Source: a candidate division WOR-3 bacterium
Lineage (GTDB): Bacteria > Hydrothermota > Tepidihabitantia > Tepidihabitantales > JAOUPE01
Direction of reading: 5' to 3'
Assembly (NCBI GenBank): GCA_039801565.1
Contig: JBDRUX010000045.1
Span: 1 to 19,082 of the forward strand
DNA length: 19,082 bases
Positions 1-7,603 of the stretch are shown here, piece by piece. A model generated the notes under the pieces. That model worked only from the letters and a program-made list of their open reading frames with translations. It was not told the origin of the DNA and searched no databases. The position numbers and the translations under genes were made by a program. How positions within the stretch are numbered: position 1 is the stretch's first letter; the number at the start of each line of letters is the position of its first letter.

Positions 1-1
1 G

Positions 2-268
2 TGAGGTATTCATACCATTTATCATTCTTAACAATTCACCTTTCCCTTCCCCTCTCACTTCAAAAGTTATCTCTTTCCCGATTATACGCTGACCGCTAAC
101 CACTGACCGTTGTCCGTTAGGTCTGCCGAAATTTACCGAAACCGTATCACCATTCTGAGCCATAACCACTGCTTGCTGAATCGTTAAAAATTGTTCAGGC
201 ACGAGTAATGTTCTTGAGATGGCAAAAGAGAAAAACAAAAGAATGGAAAAGATTGTAAATTTATGCAT
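2..268 (-). CDS. Secreted protein, 5' part only (runs off the left edge); N-terminus resembles pectin-lyase-fold / right-handed beta-helix proteins
   Basis: Not in the ORF track; translated by hand from ATG at 268: MHKFTIFSILLFFSFAISRTLLVPEQFLTIQQAVVMAQNGDTVSVNFG...IIGKEITFEVRG..., open to the edge. Hydrophobic signal peptide, then a VPxxxxTIQxAxxxAxxGDTVxV motif typical of beta-helix N-termini. SD-like AAGGAGA upstream; starts 1 nt after the stop of the 270..764 gene. Confidence 0.8.
   Translation of the reverse strand, partial: MHKFTIFSILLFFSFAISRTLLVPEQFLTIQQAVVMAQNGDTVSVNFGRPNGQRSVVSGQRIIGKEITFEVRGEGKGELLRMINGMNTS
87..121. repeat. Degenerate heptamer tandem repeat inside the CDS
   Basis: CGCTGAC CGCTAAC CACTGAC CGTTGTC CGTTAGG (5 units). 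Confidence 0.7.
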
Positions 269-269
269 A

Positions 270-764
270 TTATCTCCTTTTTCTAACAAAGAATACCATG
301 AGTCTGGCATTTGTCAAGGCATTCCTTAAGTTTTGTAATTCGCCCCGAAAACCACCACCCTCATAATAAGGTCGTTTTAAGAGAATTCCAAAATTATTGC
401 CATTCGCCAGCCAATGCTTGATAAACTCGGTAATATCTAAGACAACCGGTAGCCGGACCTCAGCATCCGTAACATAGCGGGAATGATAAGTCGTATCATA
501 ATCATCCGGATTATTCGACCTTAATCGCCAGCCTTCAATTGTTATCGCACCTTGGGTTAAAAAATGGGGAATTAGAATCTCAGCATAATCAACCTGACAA
601 TCCCTTAAACAAGAGACATCAAGACTAACCTGAATCCGATTGACCCTGCCGCTTGGTCTAACCATAACCTGTCCGATGGGAAGATTTAAGGTATCAGCAA
701 AGAGTGGGGCGAATATTAGAAGTAGGGCTAAAAAAATAAAGCCCTTAAAATGTTTTGGCTGCAT
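270..764 (-). CDS. Secreted hypothetical protein, DNRLRE-domain-like C-terminal motif
   Basis: 164 aa; strong SD AAGGAGG upstream of ATG; signal peptide ending PLFA-D; VVLDITEFIKHWLANGNNFGILLK resembles the DITxxVxxWxxxxxNxGxLL motif of DNRLRE-type domains (family call is tentative). Confidence 0.75.
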   Translation of the reverse strand: MQPKHFKGFIFLALLLIFAPLFADTLNLPIGQVMVRPSGRVNRIQVSLDVSCLRDCQVDYAEILIPHFLTQGAITIEGWRLRSNNPDDYDTTYHSRYVTDAEVRLPVVLDITEFIKHWLANGNNFGILLKRPYYEGGGFRGELQNLRNALTNARLMVFFVRKRR

Positions 765-779
765 AACGCCTCCTTTTTT

Positions 780-930
780 ATTATGAGTGAGGGTTTTTCT
801 TGTGACGCAAGATTATTTCGCTGGTTTGACGACAAAACAACCTTTTTTGACAGTCGTAGACGAAGACTTGGAACTTACTACCTATACCTAACCAGCACAA
901 TTTTAACCGACAAACCGACTCACTCATAAT
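780..930 (-). ncRNA. Candidate structured RNA / 5' leader (unassigned family)
   Basis: Perfect 12-bp terminal IR ATTATGAGTGAG (780-791) / CTCACTCATAAT (919-930), extended by GGTTT (792-796) / AAACC (912-916); nested stems GCTGGTT (820-826) / AACCAGC (890-896), ACGAC (829-833) / GTCGT (853-857), TCTTG (798-802) / CAAGA (808-812). Ends just before the SD of the 270..764 gene. Strand is inferred from context. Confidence 0.45.
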
Positions 931-1266
931 TTCCCATTTTATTAAAAAAAATTGTCAAGCAAAATTTTAATGGTTCATAAATTTATAACTATTAAATTTA
1001 TCAAGTAGTTAGACATAAGAATCTGTTAGGACCTATTTAAAATTAGGTAGGGGGTGTGAAATTTTTATGGGGAATTAATTTCCATAGTTGTTTTGGTATG
1101 GGCAAGATTACGGAGTTAATCTTTCCCAACTGGTTGCTTCCGTAGTGGTTTATGAGGCAGGTTAGGGAGTTACTTAGGGACCACCCCTGATACCGACCCG
1201 TTATTTCACCAATCAGTGATTTTTGCCTGGACGTTAAAGAATAGTTCAATTGTTTAAATCGTTCAC

Positions 1267-1320
1267 CTATCTCACAACCAAAAACTTTTTGGTCTGGGTT
1301 GCCAAAATCTTAAGAGATAG
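1267..1320. terminator. Nested hairpin downstream of batE, possible terminator or 3' stabilising structure
   Basis: CTATCTC (1267-1273) / GAGATAG (1314-1320) enclosing ACCAAAAA-C-TTTTTGGT (1277-1293); 11 nt past the batE stop. No clear U-tract. Confidence 0.3.
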
Positions 1321-1331
1321 ATTCTTTTCAT

Positions 1332-2009
1332 TCAGAAAATGCTTTCGATTGCTTTGGTTTCGAGCCAACCTCCACCTCCGGGGAACTGAACCAAAGAGTA
1401 ATCGCCCCGACTTTCCAAAACTTTGACTTCTAATCCATCATGGGCAATGTAAATATCTTTATACTCTTGACCCGGACCGCTATGTAAAGTGACTTCGGGT
1501 ACAATAATTACGGCTCGTGTCGGACTCCTTTCTCCCTGCCAAATCTGCCAACTGATAAAGGAATAAAGAAAAATAACCGCACCAACAATCGCAATATAAG
1601 CCAAAACTCGTTGATAGAAGATAATTGCCAAAGCAATCAAAACCATCATAACAAAAAAGCTTAAAGCGGACAAAAATAGCGTTTCTTGAAAGGAAAGGAA
1701 ATGAAAAAAATTGGCAATAATCTTTATTATTGGATTTTCAATTGTTAACATCTTATCAATCCGGTAGTTGCGTAAGAATTGAATATTGGCATTAATATCC
1801 CGGTCGCGGGGTTTAAGAAATCGTGCCCGCTGGTAATTTAACAACGCCTTGCCAATCTGACCGGATTTGAAATAGGCATTGCCTAAGTTATAGTAAAGAC
1901 AACTATTTTGGGTGGTGCGCACCGCCTGTTCATAGAGTTCAATTGCTTGCGCATAATCTCCTCTCTCGTAAGCCGCATTGGCTTCATTATATAATTCACA
2001 AGGTGTCAA
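1332..2009 (-). CDS. batE: BatE-like TPR protein with TM segments and C-terminal SH3b-like domain
   Basis: N-terminal TPRs (ANAAYERGDYAQAIELY, YYNLGNAYFKSGQIGKALLNYQRA), two hydrophobic segments, SH3b-like tail (LHSGPG...GLEVKVL...GGGWL); last gene of the Bat cluster. True start may be ~30 nt upstream (see findings). Confidence 0.85.
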   Translation of the reverse strand: MTPCELYNEANAAYERGDYAQAIELYEQAVRTTQNSCLYYNLGNAYFKSGQIGKALLNYQRARFLKPRDRDINANIQFLRNYRIDKMLTIENPIIKIIANFFHFLSFQETLFLSALSFFVMMVLIALAIIFYQRVLAYIAIVGAVIFLYSFISWQIWQGERSPTRAVIIVPEVTLHSGPGQEYKDIYIAHDGLEVKVLESRGDYSLVQFPGGGGWLETKAIESIF

Positions 2010-2052
2010 TTGGATTAAAACTAACCAGATTATGAAAATACGTCCTCCGATA

Positions 2053-3825
2053 TTATAGTTTATTTAATACTTCTTTCGTCTCCTGTAATAATTGCTGCAG
2101 ATTGATACCAGCAACTAAAGCTGGCGAGAATCGTGCGGTATCGCAAGTGTCAATAATTCTCAATAACCGGTTAAGTAATTCTTGGTTTACTCCCTTTTGA
2201 ATCAATTCTTCTTTTAATTGCTCTTTGGTCATCCCCATCGCCTGGATATTGAATCGGTCACCAACATAGCCAAATACCGCTCGGGCTAAGGCAGAATAGA
2301 AATCTTTCTCATTTTTCTGTGCCAGAAATTTAGTTGCTTCGGCAAATCGTTTTTTCATCATTCGACCGGAACGTAACCTTCGAGCATAACCAATGTCTTT
2401 CTCTAATCTCTGACGATGCCTTTGATAGATGACTGAAGCAATTAAAATAGCGATCGAAAATGGATAGAGCAGAGTTAACCAAATTGGGACAATCCCAGAT
2501 TGGGAATTTAAACTGGTTAAATTAGGCTTTATGTGGCGAATATCAGTTCCTAAAACCTTGATGCCGGTTTCAGTCAAAGTTGAACTTACAATCTTAGCGG
2601 TGCCAGTAGCAATGAAGACAATTTTCTCGGTTTCAATTGTGTGATAACTCTTATCGCTGGGGTCAAAATAACTGAGTTTGATTGATGGGATTTCGTGTCG
2701 GCCGTCCCGTTGGGGTAGGATTGGATATTTAAATTCCTTGTAGCCACTTATCTTACCACCTTCGGTGGAAACTTTATCGGTTACTTCAGGGTCAAGAACC
2801 TTTAACCCGGCAATTGTTGGCAAGCTTGGTTTATCAATCAATTTCACATTGCCCGTCCCCGAGATTCGGATTGTTAAATTTACCGGCTCGCCGTTGACCG
2901 AACTGTCGGGTTTTAAACTTGCTTTAATGTTGAATTGCCCAACACCACCAGAGAAATCCGCTGGCTTACCGGTTTCCGGTAAAGGTAGGACATTGATTTT
3001 TATGCTTTGGGATTGTATCTTCACTGGTTCAGTTTCATCAAAGAAGTCAAAGAAACTACGAGCAGGCCTAATTACTGTTCCCACTAACGACATCGGCTCA
3101 ATCGTTAATTCACCAGTTTGCATTGGAAAGAGGGCAACCTTCTTTAAAAGACATGCTGAGTACCGTTTGCCATTGATTACGCGCTCTTGAAAATTGAGTT
3201 GCTGGGCGTCATAAAGTTTTTCGACCCAAAAGCCTGAGAAACTGGGTAATTTATCTAATGAGAGATTACCGAGTTGTAAACGGGTATATAGGGTAAAGTC
3301 CACGGTCACCTGCTCACCTTTATAAACGGTTCTTTTATTCGGGGAAGCGACCAACATCAAATTACCTTCAATTGGCACTGCCTCTCGAGTTGGCGGTTCA
3401 AACGGACTGATTCTCGGTTGTGCTTGAGGTTTTTGGACACTGCCCTTTTCGACTTGAATTGTGATTGGTTCAGTGGTATAAGTCTGACCCTTGAAGTTTA
3501 ATTTGCAAGGTCCAATCGTCAATGTCCCGGTCCGTTTCGGTCTTAAGAAATAGATAAAACTAATTGTCTGTTGTTGTGACATCCTGCCATTAATGATTGA
3601 GATACTGGTTGACTGAGAAGAGGTCGAACCTAATCGGTCAAAATCGACGAGGTCAGGCAATTCTGGGTTAGGCACTCGCCCGATATCTTGACCTTGGACC
3701 GAAACGGTCAATTGGATTTGGTCATCAAGCCCAACTTGGGTTCGGTCAACCGAAGCAGTAAAATTTATCTCGGCAGCAACTACCAAAATAAAACTAATTA
3801 GGATAGTTACGATTAGCTTTTTCAT
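2053..3825 (-). CDS. batD: BatD family protein
   Basis: Signal peptide from ATG 3825 (MKKLIVTILISFILVVAA), FTASVDRTQVGLDD start, SSQSTSISIINGRM, FSGFWVE and FSGGVGQF motifs typical of BatD, one late TM helix; cluster position. The ORF track starts at 3834. Confidence 0.92.
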   Translation of the reverse strand: MKKLIVTILISFILVVAAEINFTASVDRTQVGLDDQIQLTVSVQGQDIGRVPNPELPDLVDFDRLGSTSSQSTSISIINGRMSQQQTISFIYFLRPKRTGTLTIGPCKLNFKGQTYTTEPITIQVEKGSVQKPQAQPRISPFEPPTREAVPIEGNLMLVASPNKRTVYKGEQVTVDFTLYTRLQLGNLSLDKLPSFSGFWVEKLYDAQQLNFQERVINGKRYSACLLKKVALFPMQTGELTIEPMSLVGTVIRPARSFFDFFDETEPVKIQSQSIKINVLPLPETGKPADFSGGVGQFNIKASLKPDSSVNGEPVNLTIRISGTGNVKLIDKPSLPTIAGLKVLDPEVTDKVSTEGGKISGYKEFKYPILPQRDGRHEIPSIKLSYFDPSDKSYHTIETEKIVFIATGTAKIVSSTLTETGIKVLGTDIRHIKPNLTSLNSQSGIVPIWLTLLYPFSIAILIASVIYQRHRQRLEKDIGYARRLRSGRMMKKRFAEATKFLAQKNEKDFYSALARAVFGYVGDRFNIQAMGMTKEQLKEELIQKGVNQELLNRLLRIIDTCDTARFSPALVAGINLQQLLQETKEVLNKL

Positions 3826-3827
3826 TC

Positions 3828-4451
3828 CTACCAATCCTTTTCCACATCAATCTTTGGTTTGACTCGTTTAGCTTGTTCCTGCGCCTCTTTCTCTTTATTC
3901 TTCAACGCCTCAAGGATACGCTGGGCTTCTTCTTTACTCATCGCACCTTTCTGCGGTTGCATCTGGGGTTGCGACTGGGGTTGTTGTTGCTCCTGCTTTT
4001 GTTTTTGCTTTGTCGTATCCTGTTTTTGCTGTTTTTGCAACTCTTCTTTAATTTTTAGCGCGAATTCCAAATTTTGTTTGGCTTGCCAATCATTTGGGTT
4101 AATACTTAGACTAAGTTTATAGAAATTTATTGCTGATTCAAGCTCGCCACTCTTAAAACTGGCATTTCCCATATTATAAGTTGCGGCTGCCTTGGTCTTC
4201 TTATTCTTACTTACCAAGGCCAGTTGCCATTCGGGTAGCGCTTCACTGTATTTATTCAATTTATATAAAGCCGCACCAAGGTTGAAGCGAATATCGGGGT
4301 TATCTGGTTCTAAGACCTGGGCTGCTCGATAAGATTTAAGAGCATCCTCGTATTTTTCCTGACGATATAGTCCATTGCCTTTACGCATCAGTGAACCAAC
4401 ATCGGCATAAGTTAGGGTTAAAAAGAGCAGAAGTATTAATCTCCTTTTCAT
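3828..4451 (-). CDS. batC: BatC-like TPR protein with Gln/Lys-rich linker
   Basis: Likely start ATG 4451 (MKRRLILLL, SD-like AAGGA, next to the batB stop); TPRs (GNGLYRQEKYEDA, YNMGNASFK, AKQNLEFA); Q-rich linker, MSKEEAQRILEAL and C-terminal EKDW typical of BatC. Confidence 0.88.
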   Translation of the reverse strand: MKRRLILLLFLTLTYADVGSLMRKGNGLYRQEKYEDALKSYRAAQVLEPDNPDIRFNLGAALYKLNKYSEALPEWQLALVSKNKKTKAAATYNMGNASFKSGELESAINFYKLSLSINPNDWQAKQNLEFALKIKEELQKQQKQDTTKQKQKQEQQQPQSQPQMQPQKGAMSKEEAQRILEALKNKEKEAQEQAKRVKPKIDVEKDW

Positions 4452-4452
4452 T

Positions 4453-5490
4453 TTATTCCTTTCTCTTTTGCCAAAATGCCAATGAGGAAAACCAATTACC
4501 TTTTCGGTCACTTATAAAAATCGCCAAGCATAGACAAACAAATCCGATAAATAAGAAATATTGATACCGTTCCACATATTCAACATACTCGCCGCCCCCA
4601 ATCTCTTTTTTCTTTATCCTATCCAATTCTTGAGTCAAATTGTCTAAAGACATCGTCTCCGAGCGGTAGTACCGACCACCGGAGAGTCGGGAGACGATGA
4701 TTAGTAAGTTCTCATTGGGCCGGGACATCACCATCTCACCCTTTTTATCTTTCTTGTAAGCGATGAGATTGCCCGTTCGGTCTTTTTCTGGAATCGGTGC
4801 ACCCTCTTGGGTCGCAATCAGAACCGAAAATATCTTTACACCTTGTTCGGCAATATGTTGGGCAATCGGTATCGGGTTCTCACCTAAGTCTTCGCCATCG
4901 GTTATTAAGATTAAAGCCTTATAACTCGGTTCTTTTGGGTCAAAGAGCGAAGCCGAGACCGCAAGCGCTTTGGCAAAGTTTGTGCCTGGAATTGGTATCA
5001 TATCCGGTGAAATAATGTCTAAAAACATCTTGGCTGCTTCCATATCCGTCGTCAATGGGCACATTACATAGCAATCGCCAGCAAAGGCAGTAATCCCAAT
5101 TCGGTTCGTACCTAAATTATCAATCAAAGCCGAGATTTCAGTTTTAGCACGGGCTAAACGATTCGGTTTAATATCTTCGGCTAACATACTCTTCGAAGCA
5201 TCCAGCGCGATTACAATATCAATCCCTTTGCCTTTATACATTTGTAGAGTTTCACCCCATTTCGGACGTGCCGTTGCAATCACAACAAAGATAAAGCCCA
5301 AAATAAATAGCAAAGCCTTTACTATTTGCCAACGCCGATTCACGGTCTCGGTCAATTTTGGGATTAGTTGGCTGTCTATGGTTTTATTAAGTGCCTTATG
5401 CTTTAATAAAAAATATATTATATAGCCGACAATAATTAGAGGAACCAGCAATAAAAAATAGAGGTATTGTCCAGCTGCCCACTTAATCAA
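4453..5490 (-). CDS. batB: BatB vWA-domain membrane protein
   Basis: N-terminal TM pair with ARPKWG, MIDAS DASKS, MLAEDIKPNRL, FAGDCY..CPLTTD, LITDGED, C-terminal ERYQYFL plus TM; 4-nt overlap with batA. Confidence 0.92.
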   Translation of the reverse strand: MIKWAAGQYLYFLLLVPLIIVGYIIYFLLKHKALNKTIDSQLIPKLTETVNRRWQIVKALLFILGFIFVVIATARPKWGETLQMYKGKGIDIVIALDASKSMLAEDIKPNRLARAKTEISALIDNLGTNRIGITAFAGDCYVMCPLTTDMEAAKMFLDIISPDMIPIPGTNFAKALAVSASLFDPKEPSYKALILITDGEDLGENPIPIAQHIAEQGVKIFSVLIATQEGAPIPEKDRTGNLIAYKKDKKGEMVMSRPNENLLIIVSRLSGGRYYRSETMSLDNLTQELDRIKKKEIGGGEYVEYVERYQYFLFIGFVCLCLAIFISDRKGNWFSSLAFWQKRKE

Positions 5491-6464
5491 GGTATTCTCC
5501 TTAGAACGGTAAGAGAGAGTCCCAAAATTGCCAGTAAGAGCACCAGCGACGGAATAGTAAATAGATTTGCCCGTTCCGAATAAACCGTATGCTGTTTTAC
5601 TTTAAAAGTGCTCGGTTCCATTCGGTCAATCTCGTCATAGATTGTCTTCAAAGCATTAGCATCCGTGGCCAGGAAGGATTTACCACCAGTAATCGCAGCA
5701 ATCTCCTGAAGCGTTTTCATATCCAAATCAATCTTCACTCTAACATATCTTCGGCCAAAGATTGGGTCATCGACTGGATAAGGTACTTCGCCTTCGCTAC
5801 CCACGCCAATTGTATAAATCTTTATTCCAAGACTCTGGGCGGTCTTGGCTGCGGTTATTGGGTCAATCTCACCAGCGTTGTTCAGTCCATCGGTTAAAAG
5901 GATAATCAATCTATTTTTCGCTTGGGAGTTTTCCAGCCGGGCAACGGCAGTCGCAATCCCCATTCCAATGGCTGTGCCATCTGGAACAATCCCAGTTGTA
6001 ACTCGGTCAATCAGATTATTCAGAATCTCACGATTGAGCGTTAAAGGACATTGGGTTAGGGCTAAAGCGGAAAAAACCACCAGACCGATTCTATCACCTT
6101 TTCTTTTGGCAATGAACTCTTTAGCCCGCTCTTTGGCGACAAATAATCGGTTCTTGGGCGAAAAATCTTCTGCTTGCATTGAACCAGAGATGTCTAAACA
6201 GAGCATTATATCCACACCCTGGGACTCGACTTCTTGAAAGACCCGTCCTTTTTGCGGACGCGCCAATGCTAAGATTATTAAAAGCAAAACCAAGCAGTTT
6301 AAAACCAATATAGCAAATCGTAGAGATTTACCCCGGATATCATTTGCCTTAAGAAAAGCGATATTGGAAAATTGCACTGTACCTGGTCGCTTGCGTAATT
6401 CAAGATAGATGAGCAATGGAATTAAGAGCAGTAGTAATAGAAATAGAGGCGAACCAAACCGCAT
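5487..6464 (-). CDS. batA: BatA vWA-domain membrane protein
   Basis: MRFGSPLFLLLLL BatA N-terminus, ALARPQ, MIDAS DISGS, GDRIGLVVF, GTAIGMGIATA, LLTDGLNNAG, IYTIGVG. Confidence 0.94.
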   Translation of the reverse strand: MRFGSPLFLLLLLLIPLLIYLELRKRPGTVQFSNIAFLKANDIRGKSLRFAILVLNCLVLLLIILALARPQKGRVFQEVESQGVDIMLCLDISGSMQAEDFSPKNRLFVAKERAKEFIAKRKGDRIGLVVFSALALTQCPLTLNREILNNLIDRVTTGIVPDGTAIGMGIATAVARLENSQAKNRLIILLTDGLNNAGEIDPITAAKTAQSLGIKIYTIGVGSEGEVPYPVDDPIFGRRYVRVKIDLDMKTLQEIAAITGGKSFLATDANALKTIYDEIDRMEPSTFKVKQHTVYSERANLFTIPSLVLLLAILGLSLTVLRRIP

Positions 6465-6538
6465 ATTAATTTAATTCTTCAATACCACAGAGCAGGAGCC
6501 GACACAGCACTGGTAAAAACCCTTTCGCTGCTGTCTTA

Positions 6539-7603
6539 TTAGTTATCATTCACTTCCTTTTTAGAACTTTTGTCTTGCTCGGTGGTTGTCTTAGTTTCTT
6601 CAACTGGTTTTGTTCTATTTATCAATTCCTTAACCTGTTCAATCACACCGACCATCTCATCCCGCGGCGGAACAAATTTAGCATATTTAACCATATCCGA
6701 ACGGACAAAGAAATTGCTAAACCCGTCCCGTTCCGGGATTTTATTCTGTTTCATTGTTCGAACCAATTCGGTCGTTGTTTGTTCTAAGGCTGGAAAGAAA
6801 AATCTTCGTTCTAAATAGCGCTTTAAGATTTCCGAGACGGTATAGTAATACTGTTTAATCCGATTGTTGTTCAACCATTCTTCGACTGGAATTTGATTCA
6901 ATGCCATAAGCGCTTCTTCCCAAGGCGGGGCCAATGGCTTAATCATTTCTCTTATCCGCCGAAACTTTTTGGTTAAGTAAAAACCGAGAAAAGTTATAAT
7001 CCCAACACCGATTAGAATTGCCAATATTATCAGGGGCAAAAAGTTCGGAAAATCTAGCGGCTTTTTAATATCATTAATATCTCGCATATCTTCCGGCAAG
7101 ACACTCATAATCGAGATTGGAATCGATTCCGTCGCAACATATTTAAGAATTGTGTCATCGGGATTAGTTTGGAAGAAGATTCGGAAAGACGGAATTTTTA
7201 AATCACCGGTAGCAAAGGCAGCCAGTTTTAAATCAAAGGTGCTTATCATCATATCACCTTTGGTCTTTTGTGTAAACTTCTGCTCAATGATGCCAAATGG
7301 TTCAATCGTATCTACGGCTAAGGGTGAAATTGGGATTGTCTTGGGATGCTTCACCGTAACGGTCATTTTGAATTGGTCACCGACGGTCAATCTTTTCGCA
7401 CCAATTGGCTGGAGTCTCGTTTTAATTTCGACACCATCTGAAGCAGCAGCCGGCACAGCTCGAATTTCGTATTTCGGCATAAGCGAATCGGTCTTTGTCG
7501 TATCAGTCTGTCCAAGACCAAAGCTGATTAACAAAAATACCAGCAAAATTACCATTGCTTTGTTCTGATTTTCGTATTCCGCTTTTCGCATTTTATCTCT
7601 CAT
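6539..7603 (-). CDS. Membrane-anchored hypothetical protein of the MoxR/Bat cluster (Ig-like N-region, single TM, helical C-domain)
   Basis: Signal-like segment from Met at 7555, DINDIKKP before the TM helix, YYYTVSEILKRYLERRF, EQTTTE and DMVKYAK motifs as in the gene usually found between DUF58 and batA. Start is either 7603 (ATGA overlap) or 7555. Confidence 0.85.
   Translation of the reverse strand: MRDKMRKAEYENQNKAMVILLVFLLISFGLGQTDTTKTDSLMPKYEIRAVPAAASDGVEIKTRLQPIGAKRLTVGDQFKMTVTVKHPKTIPISPLAVDTIEPFGIIEQKFTQKTKGDMMISTFDLKLAAFATGDLKIPSFRIFFQTNPDDTILKYVATESIPISIMSVLPEDMRDINDIKKPLDFPNFLPLIILAILIGVGIITFLGFYLTKKFRRIREMIKPLAPPWEEALMALNQIPVEEWLNNNRIKQYYYTVSEILKRYLERRFFFPALEQTTTELVRTMKQNKIPERDGFSNFFVRSDMVKYAKFVPPRDEMVGVIEQVKELINRTKPVEETKTTTEQDKSSKKEVNDN
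7564..7598. repeat. Degenerate heptamer tandem repeat
   Basis: TCTGATT TTCGTAT TCCGCTT TTCGCAT TTTATCT. Confidence 0.5.

Noticed and set aside
780..930. Retron msr-msd or integron attC assignment
   Set aside because: No reverse transcriptase or integrase in the window, the adjacent genes are secreted proteins, and there are no RYYYAAC/GTTRRRY ends; kept only as an unassigned structured element.
936..958. Minus-strand TTGACA (958-953) as promoter for the 780-930 element
   Set aside because: The nearest good -10 (TAAAAT) is only 11 nt away, and at 16-18 nt spacing the hexamer is poor; not supportable.
1043..1249. 68-aa minus-strand ORF as a real gene
   Set aside because: TTG start without SD and no recognisable domain; better explained by the periodic DNA tract.
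6482..6535. Possible structured RNA upstream of batA (TACCA...TGGTA, ACAGC...GCTGT)
   Set aside because: Stems are only 5 bp and mutually crossing; too weak to call.
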